A stretch of 64,000 bases of DNA, from positions 416,001-480,000 of the forward strand of contig CAWGMA010000002.1 in the NCBI GenBank assembly GCA_963823555.1, given 5' to 3'. Below are positions 1-10,028 of the stretch, in pieces. The stretch is from Candidatus Eiseniibacteriota bacterium. GTDB taxonomy: Bacteria; Eisenbacteria; RBG-16-71-46; CAVPCR01. Each line of letters begins with the position of its first letter. The stretch's first letter is position 1. The position numbers and the translations under genes were made by a program. The notes below the pieces were generated by a model. The model ran no database searches, was not told the DNA's origin, and saw nothing but the letters and a program-made list of their open reading frames with translations.

Positions 1-2
1 CC

Positions 3-2141
3 TCGCCCCGGATCCCCGGCTCGCACAACATCTGGTGCAGCGATGACGGGTTCGCCTATGTCGCGCTCCAGGGAGCCGGCAACTCGGATCTCCGCATCCT
101 CGATCTCGCCGATCCGCTACGCCCGGTCGAGCGCGGGAGCTGGCAGCATCCGCTGCAGAGCGGCTTCCGCTCCTGTCATGACGTCTATGTGAAGGACGAC
201 GTCTGCTATGCCTCCTGGTTCGGCGGCGGGCTCGTCGTTCTCGATGTCACGAACAAGGACGCCCCGACACCGATCGTGGCCATCGGCTATCCTGATCAGC
301 ACACGCACAACGCCTGGCCGACGACGGACGGTCGCTATGTCGCCACCACCGACGAGATGGTGGGCGGGCATCTGCGGATCTGGGACCTCGGGAGCGCGCT
401 GCCCGTGCAAGTGGCGGAGTACGCGACCGAGACCACGGCCATCATCCACAACGTGCACCTGAAGGGCCCGCTGGCCTATATCGCCTACTACACGGCGGGC
501 GTGCGTGTCGTCGACATGAGCGATGCGACCGCGCCGCGGGAGATCGGTGCCTACGACACGAGCAGCTTCTTCGGCAACGTGTACTCCGGCTGCTGGAGCG
601 TGTACCCCTATTCACCCTCGGGTCTGCTCTATGCCTCGGATATCCAGGAAGGGTTGTTCGTCCTCCGCTTCCAGGATGAGCCGCAAGGCGTGGCCCGCGG
701 GCTCGTCCGGGTGGCGGGCGCCGACCAGGCCGTGGTCGCCGGCGCCGAGGTGACCTTCCGCGAGGCCGGCGTGAGAACCGTCACCGACCGTTCGGGCTAC
801 TTCGAAGCGCATCTCTATCCCGGCATGCACACCGTGCGGGTGACCCACCCCGACATGAAGACCCGCCGCTTCACCATGCACGTGGTCGATGACGAGGCGA
901 CGACCGAACGCCTGGCCCTCGAGCCGGCGCCCGGCCCGGTACGCTTCGTCGAGCCCCCGGCGGTGAACCAGCTCAGCGATGGCCGGCTCGGGGTGAATGC
1001 TCGCCTGCGCTCGCCGGACACGCCGCTCGATGGGCTCTTCCTCCACTATCGCTCCGGAGCCGCGGGTGCCTTCCGGAGCCTGCCGCTCGCCCGCGTCGCC
1101 GAGAACGACGAGGACTATCGCGCCTTCATTCCGGCTCAGCTCGAGGGGACCCTCATCCAGTTCTTCGTCGAGGCCGCAGCCGGGGACACCATCGTCTTCG
1201 CGCCGGCCGATGCCCCGGTGACGCTCACGAGCTTCCGGGTCGGCGAGGTCGAGTGGGAGCCCGTTCTCGCCGCCGATTTCGAGGCGGGGGTGTTCGACTT
1301 CACGGTCGGTGCTGCCGAGGACTACGGGGAGCGCGGCCGCTTCGAGCGGGCGCGCCCGGTGGCCGGGCCGCTGGACTCGGTGCGATTCGGTGGCCGCCTG
1401 GCCCAGCCCACCGCCGATGCCACGCCCGGGGAAGGCCCGGGATACTGCTTCCTCACCGAGCTCGGTGCGACCGGGGCCGCCCCCGGGGATCACGAGCTCC
1501 AGGGTCGCACCACCCTCACCTCGCCGGCGGTGGATCTCGCCGGCGCCGAGGCGGCGCGGCTCCGGGTCGCGGTCTGGCTCGTCAACGACCTCGGCGGCAG
1601 CCTGTGGCAGGACCCGCTCCGGATCGAGGGCTCCGCCGATGGCGGCGCCACGTGGCGCCTGCTCGAATCGCTCCGCCTGCTCGCCCCCGGCTGGCAGGAG
1701 ATCACCGTCGATCTCGGGAGCCGGCTCGATCTCGCCGGCGCCATCCGCGTGCGCTTCGTGGTCGAGGACGCGGTGTCGCCGAGCTTCGTCGAGGCGGCCA
1801 TCGATGACGTGCGGATCGAGGTCACGAGCGGGCTCACCGCGCCGCAATCCGCCGCCGGGAACGGCGTGGTCCTCCTGCGCCAGAACGTGCCGAACCCGTT
1901 CAACCCGACGACCACCATCACTTACCAGCTGCTCGAGCCGCGCCCGGTGCGGCTCGTCGTCTATGATGCCGCCGGGCGCCTGGTCCGGGAGCTCATCGAC
2001 CGCATCGAGCCGGCCGGGGATCACGCGGTCCGCTGGGACGGGCGGGGCGAGCGCGGGTTCAGCGCCCCGAACGGAGTCTACTTCTATCGGCTCTCGGCGG
2101 GAGACTTCACGGATACGCGCAAGATGTTGCTGATGAAATGA
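3..2141 (+). CDS. LVIVD-repeat (choice-of-anchor B-like) propeller protein with carboxypeptidase-regulatory-like and jelly-roll domains and a C-terminal FlgD/T9SS-type domain; 5' end lies outside the window
   Basis: Frame is open from nt 3 (SPRIPGSHNIWCSDDG...). LVVLDV/VRVVD repeats, HN/HD motifs, C-terminal QNVPNPFNP...GVYFYRL...RKMLLMK. Colinear with the next gene. Confidence 0.85.
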   Translation, partial: SPRIPGSHNIWCSDDGFAYVALQGAGNSDLRILDLADPLRPVERGSWQHPLQSGFRSCHDVYVKDDVCYASWFGGGLVVLDVTNKDAPTPIVAIGYPDQHTHNAWPTTDGRYVATTDEMVGGHLRIWDLGSALPVQVAEYATETTAIIHNVHLKGPLAYIAYYTAGVRVVDMSDATAPREIGAYDTSSFFGNVYSGCWSVYPYSPSGLLYASDIQEGLFVLRFQDEPQGVARGLVRVAGADQAVVAGAEVTFREAGVRTVTDRSGYFEAHLYPGMHTVRVTHPDMKTRRFTMHVVDDEATTERLALEPAPGPVRFVEPPAVNQLSDGRLGVNARLRSPDTPLDGLFLHYRSGAAGAFRSLPLARVAENDEDYRAFIPAQLEGTLIQFFVEAAAGDTIVFAPADAPVTLTSFRVGEVEWEPVLAADFEAGVFDFTVGAAEDYGERGRFERARPVAGPLDSVRFGGRLAQPTADATPGEGPGYCFLTELGATGAAPGDHELQGRTTLTSPAVDLAGAEAARLRVAVWLVNDLGGSLWQDPLRIEGSADGGATWRLLESLRLLAPGWQEITVDLGSRLDLAGAIRVRFVVEDAVSPSFVEAAIDDVRIEVTSGLTAPQSAAGNGVVLLRQNVPNPFNPTTTITYQLLEPRPVRLVVYDAAGRLVRELIDRIEPAGDHAVRWDGRGERGFSAPNGVYFYRLSAGDFTDTRKMLLMK

Positions 2142-2301
2142 CGGCCGCTGGAGTCGCGGCCCGGCCCGGAGCGGGTTGCTCCCGGCGCCGGCGCGTGGCA
2201 TACTGGCCTCGCGAATGGTGCCCACGCCGGTCCCCCTCGCCGCGCCCCCCCGCTGGCTGCCGGCATGAACGCTGACTCTCAAACCCGAGCCCAATGAAGA
2301 G

Positions 2302-4869
2302 GTGTTTGCTTCCATGACGGGGTACTGCTGCCATCCCGCCGCCCGCTGGCTGCTCTTGGCCGGGGTCTTTCTCGGCAGCCTTGCGCCCCGGGAGGGCGCG
2401 GCCGAGGATCCGCCGTACCGGATCGAGGAGGTCACGGCGGAGGGGAACCGCATCGCGACCTCCGGCAAGGACGTCTGGGGGTACGCCGACGCCAGCGGCG
2501 AGTACGCGCTCGTGACCGACGGGGTCTCGCTCCTGGTGGTCGATGTTACCGACCCGGTCACGCCGGTCGTGGCCACCCGCGTCCCGACCGTCGCCTACGA
2601 CATGAAGGACGTGAAGACCTACAAGCACTACGCCTACTGCGTCAACCAGGGCGGGCCGATCCAGATCGTCGATCTCTCCGATCCCTATCATGCCTACACG
2701 GCCGCCACCTTCTCCTCCCCGAACATTCCCGGCGCGCACAACATCTGGTGCTCGGAGGACGGCTTCGCCTATGTGGCCCTGATGGGGGCCGGCAACTCGG
2801 ATCTACGCATCCTCGACCTCGCCGATCCGTTGCACCCGGTCGAACGCGGTGGCTGGCAGCACATCGAGCAAGGCGGTCTCCTGGCCTGCCACGATGTCTA
2901 CGTGCGGAACGACACCTGCTATGCCTCGTGGTTCGGCGCCGGTCTCTACATCCTCGATGTCTCGGACAAGGATCACCCGCGCCGGCTGCAGAATATCCTC
3001 TACCCGGATCGGGCCACTCACAACGCCTGGCCTACCGTCGACAGTCAGCATGTCTTCACCACCGACGAGCGGAACGGCGGGCATCTCCTGGTGTGGGGGC
3101 TCGACGGCCGGTATGCCAGCCCGGTCGGTGAATACATGACCGAGGGGACGGCGATCATTCACAATGCTCACGTCAAGGGCGATCGCATCTACATCTCCTA
3201 CTACACGGCGGGGGTGCGGATCGCGGATATCACCGACCCCCGGAACCCGGTCGAGGTCGGGCGGTTCGATACCAGCCGCTACTCGGGCCCGCGCTTCGCC
3301 GGATGCTGGGGTATGTATCCCTACGCCCCATCCGGACTGATCTATGCCTCCGACATGGAGGAGGGGCTCTTCGTCCTGCGTTACCTCGATTCCGATGACG
3401 GCATCGCCCGCGGGTTCGTTCGCATCCACGGCGCGGAGAGCGCCCGGCTCGAGGGGGCCGAGATCCGCTTCGTCGAGTCGGGGGTGCGCGCGGTGAGCGA
3501 TCGCACCGGCTACTACCAGGCCGCGCTCTACCCCGGCACGCATACCGTCCGGGTGAGCCACCCCGCTTTCCACGAGGAGTCGTTCACGGTGGCGGTCGAG
3601 GCGCGGGGAGCGGTCGCGCAGGACGTGTTCCTCGATCCGCTGTCCGGGCCGCCGGCATTCGTGGCCGAGCCGGCGGCGCCGGTGGTGCTCGGGGACGGCC
3701 GGTTGCGCGTGGTGGCGACCGTGCGCGAGCACGGGTCGCCGATCTCAGACGTCATGCTGCGTTACCGTTCGGGCGGGGCCGGCGGGTTCCTCGGTGTGCC
3801 CATGGAGCGGGTCGAGGCCGGCGGTGAGGAGTTCGCGGGCGCCATCCCGACGCAGCTGCCGGGGACGCTCGTCCAGTACTTCATCGAGGTCGCGGACGAG
3901 GCGGGGGTTTCCGTGTTCTCACCGGCTGAAGCACCCGAGCTCCTCTCGAGCTACCGCGTCGGGGATCTCGATTGGAATGTGGTCTACGCCACCGACTTCG
4001 AGACCGATAGCGGCGGGTTCACCATCGGGTCAACCGCCGACCGTGGTGAGCGGGGTGTGTGGGAGCGCGCCATTCCCCATGCGGTGTATCCCGATTCGAT
4101 CCTCATCGATGGACGCTTGACGCAGCCGAACCTGGATGCGACTCCGGGCGATGGGCCGGGCTACTGCCTCCTGACCGAGCTCGGCCGCGAGGGAATCGAG
4201 TCGCAACATGAGCTGTATCCTCACGAGGTGGAGGGCCGGACGACACTGACCTCGCCCGTCATCGATCTCGGCGAGGCGGTCGCGGTCAGGCTCGAGTGTT
4301 CGGTCTGGTACGTCAACGATCTCGGCGGGAGCAGCTGGCAGGATCCAATCCTCGTCGAGGGCTCGACCGACGGCGGGCTGAGCTGGCGCGTCATCGCCGC
4401 GGAGCGAGTCGTGGCGCCCGGATGGCAGCGGATGGCGATCGATCTCGGTAGCCGGCTCCAGCTCGGGCGCGAGCTCATGATTCGCTTCGTCGCCACCGAT
4501 GAGGTGAGCCCGAGCCTGATCGAGGCGGCCGTCGACGATGTGCGGGTCATGACGACGCAGGGGTACGGCCCGGGAGTCGCCGGGGAGACGCCTCCGGTGC
4601 TCCTCAGGCAGAACCTGCCGAACCCCTTCAATCCCTCGACCACGATCACCTTCCAGCTCAAGGAGCCGCGCCAGGTCCAGCTCGAGGTCTATGATGTGGC
4701 CGGGCGCCTGGTCCGCCGTCTCGTGGATGGGAATCAGCCGGCGGGCGATCATGCCGCCGTATGGGATGGCCGCGACGTGCGCGGGTTCACCGCTCCCTCG
4801 GGCGTCTACTTCTATCGACTGTCGGCGCAGGACATCACTGATACGCGCAAGATGCTGCTGATCAAGTAG
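2302..4869 (+). CDS. LVIVD-repeat (choice-of-anchor B-like) secreted protein with FlgD/T9SS-type C-terminal domain; tandem paralog of the upstream gene
   Basis: Signal peptide, DVWGY start of propeller, LVVDV/LRILDL repeats, QNLPNPFNP...GVYFYRL...RKMLLIK. Start could be 2314. Confidence 0.87.
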   Translation: MFASMTGYCCHPAARWLLLAGVFLGSLAPREGAAEDPPYRIEEVTAEGNRIATSGKDVWGYADASGEYALVTDGVSLLVVDVTDPVTPVVATRVPTVAYDMKDVKTYKHYAYCVNQGGPIQIVDLSDPYHAYTAATFSSPNIPGAHNIWCSEDGFAYVALMGAGNSDLRILDLADPLHPVERGGWQHIEQGGLLACHDVYVRNDTCYASWFGAGLYILDVSDKDHPRRLQNILYPDRATHNAWPTVDSQHVFTTDERNGGHLLVWGLDGRYASPVGEYMTEGTAIIHNAHVKGDRIYISYYTAGVRIADITDPRNPVEVGRFDTSRYSGPRFAGCWGMYPYAPSGLIYASDMEEGLFVLRYLDSDDGIARGFVRIHGAESARLEGAEIRFVESGVRAVSDRTGYYQAALYPGTHTVRVSHPAFHEESFTVAVEARGAVAQDVFLDPLSGPPAFVAEPAAPVVLGDGRLRVVATVREHGSPISDVMLRYRSGGAGGFLGVPMERVEAGGEEFAGAIPTQLPGTLVQYFIEVADEAGVSVFSPAEAPELLSSYRVGDLDWNVVYATDFETDSGGFTIGSTADRGERGVWERAIPHAVYPDSILIDGRLTQPNLDATPGDGPGYCLLTELGREGIESQHELYPHEVEGRTTLTSPVIDLGEAVAVRLECSVWYVNDLGGSSWQDPILVEGSTDGGLSWRVIAAERVVAPGWQRMAIDLGSRLQLGRELMIRFVATDEVSPSLIEAAVDDVRVMTTQGYGPGVAGETPPVLLRQNLPNPFNPSTTITFQLKEPRQVQLEVYDVAGRLVRRLVDGNQPAGDHAAVWDGRDVRGFTAPSGVYFYRLSAQDITDTRKMLLIK

Positions 4870-4902
4870 GCCGCTGCACAGCAGCGGTGGGGCGGCAAGG
4901 GA

Positions 4903-6849
4903 TCAGCGCGCCGGCGGCGGAACCTGCGGGGCGAGCCTGGGGTCGAGCTCGACGGCGCGGGCAAAGGCGCCCCGCGCGCCCTCCCGATCACCCCCGGCGA
5001 GGAGCGCGATCCCCAGGTTGAAGTGCGCCTGGGCGTAGTCCGGGCGCACCTGGATGGCGCGCTCGATCGATGCCCGCGCCTCCTCCTGCCGGCCGAGGCG
5101 GCCGAGAATGAGTCCGCGATTGGACAGGGCCTCCGCATTCGCTGGATCAGCCGCGACCGCCCGGTCGAGGTAGCCGAGCGCCCTCTCGAGATCCCCGTCT
5201 CCCGCGACGATCACCGCCAGGTTGTTGAGCGCCCGGGCGTGACGTGGGTCGATGCGCACGGCGGCCTCGAAGGCGGCGCGCGCGCCGGCGAGATCCCCCG
5301 CCTGCTGGCGCACCACGCCCAGGTTGTGGCGGGCCTCGGCGTCGGCCGGCGACTGCGTGATCGCCGAGGCATAGAGCGATTCCGCCGCCGCCGTCTGCCC
5401 GAGCCGCGCCATGGCATTGGCCAGGTTGATCCGCGCCTCGGGATAGTCGGGGCGGATCTCGAGCGCTCGCCGGTAATGCTCGAGCGCGGCAGCATGCTCA
5501 CCGCGCCCGGCCAGCACCTCTCCGAGATTGGCATGGGCGACAGCGGCCCGCGGGTTCTTCTCGAGGGTGTCGCGCCAGAGCTGCTCCGAGCTCTGCCAGA
5601 CCGGGAGCCGAGCTCGCGTGGCCGCGCCCGCCGCGCCGCCGAGCACCATGGCAGCGACGATGATGGCGAGTGTGGCGCGCGGCGCCGGGGCGAAGCGCTT
5701 CGCAGCGACCGCGATCGCGAGGGCGGCGAGCCCCGCGAAGCCGACCGAGCTCACATAGAGGAAGCGATCGGCGAGGAGATGGGGGAGCGGCACCAGGTTC
5801 GAGACCGGCAGGAGCCCGATCAGGTACCACGCGGCAAGGAACACCGCGCGCGGAGCGCGGTGCCGCGCGCGGACCACGATCGCGATCAACGCGACGAGCG
5901 CCAGCCCGGCGGCGATGACGCTCGGTTCGATGGTCGATGTGGCAACCGGCGGATCGTAGATCGCCGAGAGCCGGCGCGGCGCGAGAAGATTCGCGACCCC
6001 GAGCCAGAAGACGCGGAGCATGGTCGCCACGGTGAGCTCGAGGCTCCCGCCCCATGGGGCCTTGATACCGCCCGCCTCGCCCTGGGTTGCGAGGGTGACG
6101 AGTCCGGCGGCCAGGCTGAGCGCGAGGTAGGGGACGGCGCGCCACCAGGCTCGGCGCGCCGGCTCGCGATCGAGGAGCGTCCACGCTGCGATGAGGAGGA
6201 GCGGCAGGACGACGACGGTCGCCTTGGCCATGAGCGCGAGAGCGAAGAGCGCGAGCGCGATCACGTGGCGCGGGAGGGCGTTCGTGCCGCGAGCGCTCCG
6301 CGCCACGAGGAAGGCGGCGAGCATGAGCGGGAGCGAGAGCACGTTCTTCCGCTCCGCCACCCAGGCCACCGATTCCGCCTGGATCGGGTGCAGGAGGAAG
6401 AGGAGCGCGCCGGCAAAGGCGGGACTCCGTTGCCCGAAGACGCTCCTCAGGAGGAGGTAGACAAGGAGGCCGGCGATGAGATGAAGAAGGAGGTTGGTCG
6501 CGTGGTAGACACTGGGGTCGAGCCCGCCGATCGCGTGGTCGACCGCGTAGGAGAAAAGAGTGAGCGGTGCCCAGTTGGCGACGACGACGGTCGAGAGCGA
6601 GAACAGACGGAGGACGGCCATCGGTTCGAGCGTGCGGATGACGGGGTTCTCGCTCACATAGGCCTGATCGTCCCAGTTGAGGAAGGGAAACTCGATGACC
6701 GGCGCCCAGATCGCGAGTCCGGCCACGAATAGGATCACGAGGGCGACGGCGTCACGCCGGTCGAAGCCGGCGGGCGGTCGTGAACGCCCCCGCGCGGCCG
6801 CCGGTCTCGGGTTCGCCCGCGGCCCTGGTTTTCTGCCTTTCCCCTTCAC
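4903..6849 (-). CDS. TMTC-like membrane glycosyltransferase (GT-C fold) with C-terminal TPR repeats
   Basis: WDD motif, YHATNLLLH, HPIQAESVAWVAERK, ADRFLY, many TM helices and several TPR repeats. Start overlaps the MFS stop (GTGA). Confidence 0.82.
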   Translation of the reverse strand: MKGKGRKPGPRANPRPAAARGRSRPPAGFDRRDAVALVILFVAGLAIWAPVIEFPFLNWDDQAYVSENPVIRTLEPMAVLRLFSLSTVVVANWAPLTLFSYAVDHAIGGLDPSVYHATNLLLHLIAGLLVYLLLRSVFGQRSPAFAGALLFLLHPIQAESVAWVAERKNVLSLPLMLAAFLVARSARGTNALPRHVIALALFALALMAKATVVVLPLLLIAAWTLLDREPARRAWWRAVPYLALSLAAGLVTLATQGEAGGIKAPWGGSLELTVATMLRVFWLGVANLLAPRRLSAIYDPPVATSTIEPSVIAAGLALVALIAIVVRARHRAPRAVFLAAWYLIGLLPVSNLVPLPHLLADRFLYVSSVGFAGLAALAIAVAAKRFAPAPRATLAIIVAAMVLGGAAGAATRARLPVWQSSEQLWRDTLEKNPRAAVAHANLGEVLAGRGEHAAALEHYRRALEIRPDYPEARINLANAMARLGQTAAAESLYASAITQSPADAEARHNLGVVRQQAGDLAGARAAFEAAVRIDPRHARALNNLAVIVAGDGDLERALGYLDRAVAADPANAEALSNRGLILGRLGRQEEARASIERAIQVRPDYAQAHFNLGIALLAGGDREGARGAFARAVELDPRLAPQVPPPAR

Positions 6850-8237
6850 TTGATCTCCGCCGGCACCGTGCCCGCGGGAGCGGTGGGCCGGGCCGCTGGA
6901 ACCCCACCCGCGCCCGCCACCGGCACGAGTGCCTCCTCCCGCCGATAGCTGCGGAGTTCAGGAGTCTTCCACGCTATCCAGCCGGTAGCCGCCAGACATC
7001 CGATGCCGCCCGTCACCACCGACAGCGGGGCGCCGAAGCCCTGCGCCACCAGTCCCGCCTCGAGCTCGCCGAGCTGCGGCCCACCCATGAAGAAGATCAT
7101 GTTGACGCTCGTCATCCGTCCCCGCAAGTGGTCGGGCGTGGCGAGATGCCGGATCACGTTGCGGAGCACCATGCTCACCGTATCGCTGGCCCCGGTGAGA
7201 GCGAGACAGGCAAAGGTGAGCGCGAAGGACCGCGACAGGCCGAAGCCGATGGTGGCGAGCCCGTAGACGAGAACCGCCCACAGGAGCCACGCCCCGCGCC
7301 GGTTGATGCGATCGACGAGCCGCACCATGAGGGCCCCGGTCACCACCGCCCCCACCGACGGCGCGGCATAGAGCCAGCCGTATCCCTTGGGGCCCACGGC
7401 GAGGATGTCCTGGGCGAAGATGGGCAGGAGGGCGGTCGCCGAGGAGAAGAAGGTGGCGAAGAAGTCGAGGAGCATGGAGGAGCGGATGAGCGGTGCGGCG
7501 AAGACGAAGCGGAGGCCCTCGAGGCCGGCGCGCCAGCTGATCTGGGCGGCCAGGCCGCCCGCGCGCTCGGGGATGTCGCGCATGGCGATGAGGGCGCCGA
7601 TCACGGCGAGGAAGGTGACGCCGTTGATCGCGTAGACCCAGCCGACGCCGAGGGTGGCGATGACGATGCCGCCGATCGACGGCCCGAGCACCGCCGCCAC
7701 CTGGAACATGATCGCGTTCAGGCTGAGCGCGTTCGGCAGATGCGCGCGCGGCACCAGGCTCGGGATGAGCGACTGCCGCGCCGGACCGTCGAACGAGATC
7801 GCCGCCGATCCCAGGGCGGCGAGCACGTAGATCGGCCACAAGCTCGAGACCCCGAGAAAGGTGATGGCGGCGAGAACTCCTGCCGAGATCGCCATCGCCG
7901 ACTGGGTGAGGAGGAGGAGCCGGCGGCGATCGACGGCGTCCGCTACCACCCCGCCGACGAGCGAGAAGGCGATGATGGGGATGACGCGGACGAGGCCGAC
8001 GAGACCGAGCGCGATCCCCTTCTTGTCGGCCGGAACCAGCAGCGAGACGTGCCAGAGGATGGCGGCCGTCTGCATCATCGATCCGGCGAAGGAGACGAAC
8101 TGCGACGACCAGAGGAGGCGGAAGTTGCGGTGCTGGAGAGCGAGGAGTGAGCTCGGGAGACGTCGCACGGGAGGGGAGTCTACCATTGCGCGGGCGGTGC
8201 CGGGCGCCATCGCGGCGTGATTCGTGCTGGAGAGCAC
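6846..8237 (-). CDS. MFS transporter (EntS/DHA3-like); true start may be 8210 or 8186
   Basis: About 12 TM helices, RNFRLLW, GVVADAVDRRRLL motif A, TPDHLRGR. Confidence 0.88.
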   Translation of the reverse strand: MLSSTNHAAMAPGTARAMVDSPPVRRLPSSLLALQHRNFRLLWSSQFVSFAGSMMQTAAILWHVSLLVPADKKGIALGLVGLVRVIPIIAFSLVGGVVADAVDRRRLLLLTQSAMAISAGVLAAITFLGVSSLWPIYVLAALGSAAISFDGPARQSLIPSLVPRAHLPNALSLNAIMFQVAAVLGPSIGGIVIATLGVGWVYAINGVTFLAVIGALIAMRDIPERAGGLAAQISWRAGLEGLRFVFAAPLIRSSMLLDFFATFFSSATALLPIFAQDILAVGPKGYGWLYAAPSVGAVVTGALMVRLVDRINRRGAWLLWAVLVYGLATIGFGLSRSFALTFACLALTGASDTVSMVLRNVIRHLATPDHLRGRMTSVNMIFFMGGPQLGELEAGLVAQGFGAPLSVVTGGIGCLAATGWIAWKTPELRSYRREEALVPVAGAGGVPAARPTAPAGTVPAEIK

Positions 8238-9053
8238 GACCCGGCCGACTCACGCCGCGCCCGTGACCGCAGACGCCACATACGTGAACCCCGTTGGCGA
8301 GGGTCCGACGGCTGACCCGCGAAACGCTGGCTCCCACACTGCCCATGGGAGCGGAGCCGATCCCCGAAGGGCGCGCCTCTTCCCTCGCGCTCCTGCGCTC
8401 CCGTGAGTTCACTCGTGAGGTCATCCACGAGCGCAGGATAACATCCTTCGCTGCAACACGTTCAGCCGCCAGGACGCGGCGCCGAGATTCGGTGGACCAA
8501 TATACCGCGTCGGGGCAAACACCCACCGGTGATCGACACCATCCTCCGCCACCTCCCCCGTGCCTCCCCAAGGGCCAGCCGTGGGCAGAGGTGCGCGGAC
8601 CGCGGTGCAGTGGTCGCGGCCACCCCGCGCCAACACCGACCGCAATGCGTGGCCGCCGTTCATGGCACGCGTCGGACTCGCTCCCGCCGGCCGCACACGC
8701 CGTTTCGCGCCCCGCTCCGCACCTCTTCCCGGGCTAGCGACGAAAGGACCTTCCCATTCCTGCACGTCCCGGAAGTCATTGCCAAGTCAGCCATTTGAGA
8801 CTTCTGTGAGGGTGGCTCTCTAGCCTGCCGGTCATTGGCGGGCGTGCGGCATGTTCCGCGCGAGACGGAGGATCACGGAGGAGGGTCGGTCTAGGCACCG
8901 GTCACCTCGATCTGCTGGCCTCCGAGCCATTGCGCGGCCCGAGGACGCTTGCGCGCCGCGCCTCTGGACGACGCTCGTGGCCTTCTGTCCGGTGAACATG
9001 CCGGGCAGCCAGCCGGAGCTACTGATCTCACCGATGCCACCCGGAGGTCTGTC

Positions 9054-9875
9054 ATGTCATCGCGACGTATCATCCGTGGAATATGCCGCATGGCGATTCC
9101 TGTGTTCGTTCTGACTTTGTTTCTGCTATCGGTTTCGGCAATGTCCGAGGCCCGTCCCGGTCCGGTGACGCCCCCCGTTTTCCCGCCCAATTCCCTTCCC
9201 TATGGTCACACTTACGACGAGTGGTCGAGCATTGGCTTCCAGTGCGAGTTCAGCACCGTGTGGGACCCGCTGGCGTGTAGTAGTGGGAGGATCGGAAACG
9301 TCGAACTACTGCAGAGCAACTTCGGAGGGCCGAGCACGTGGTCGTGCGAGGTGCCCCCAGGCACGGCTTTCCTGGTCAACGTGGTGAGCGGGTTCTTTCT
9401 CTGCCCGACGGATTGCGGTCCCGGCTTGCCGGCACCGAACGGCACGCCTGAGGAGATCCGGATGGCCGCGGAGGCCACCATCAACAGCCTACCGGACCTC
9501 GGGTACATCCTCGAATGCGAGATCGACGGTGTGCCGGTCGAGGATGTCTGGAGCTACCGTGCCCAGTCGCCGATCTTCTACGGCGAGATCGTGGCGGGAT
9601 GCGTTTTCAATGCGTTGCTTCCGGAGTTCTATCCCGCTGGGCCGTACGGTCCAGCGGCGGTCGACGGATTTTGGATCATGGTCAAGCCCCTGCGCCCAGG
9701 CGAGCATGTGATTCACTTCCGGGCCGTGATCGGCACTCTCCTTCCGGAACCGCTGTTCGAGACCGACGTCACGCATTACATCACGGTTCTGCCGCCTGGG
9801 CACGGCAAGGGCGGCGATGAGCCTCTTGCCGTCGAGCCAACCACCTGGGGCGCAATCAAGGCGGTGTACCACTAG
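9054..9875 (+). CDS. Secreted hypothetical protein with C-terminal TWGAIKAVYH motif
   Basis: GGAGG RBS before ATG 9054, signal peptide, AAVDGFWIMVKPLRPGEHVIHF, ends VEPTTWGAIKAVYH. Confidence 0.75.
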   Translation: MSSRRIIRGICRMAIPVFVLTLFLLSVSAMSEARPGPVTPPVFPPNSLPYGHTYDEWSSIGFQCEFSTVWDPLACSSGRIGNVELLQSNFGGPSTWSCEVPPGTAFLVNVVSGFFLCPTDCGPGLPAPNGTPEEIRMAAEATINSLPDLGYILECEIDGVPVEDVWSYRAQSPIFYGEIVAGCVFNALLPEFYPAGPYGPAAVDGFWIMVKPLRPGEHVIHFRAVIGTLLPEPLFETDVTHYITVLPPGHGKGGDEPLAVEPTTWGAIKAVYH

Positions 9876-9887
9876 AGTCTGATCTCT

Positions 9888-9916
9888 CCAGCGGCGGCTC
9901 CCGAAGCCGCCGCTGG
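9888..9916. terminator. GC-rich hairpin between convergent genes; probable terminator
   Basis: Perfect 12-bp stem CCAGCGGCGGCT/AGCCGCCGCTGG, 12 nt after the stop codon. No U-tract. Confidence 0.5.
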
Positions 9917-10028
9917 GGGCCGGCCCGAGGGATCTGGTGCGCGCTCTGCAGGCCAGCATTCGCCGAGGCAAGCAGATGCGCCGTAGCTGCCGCTCTGGCA
10001 GCGCAATCAACTCTTCGGACAGACGTCC

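Noticed and set aside
8270..8346. Minus-strand RRTLANGVHV resembling an M16 peptidase N-terminus
   Set aside because: The match is too short and there is no downstream HxxEH motif or continuation.
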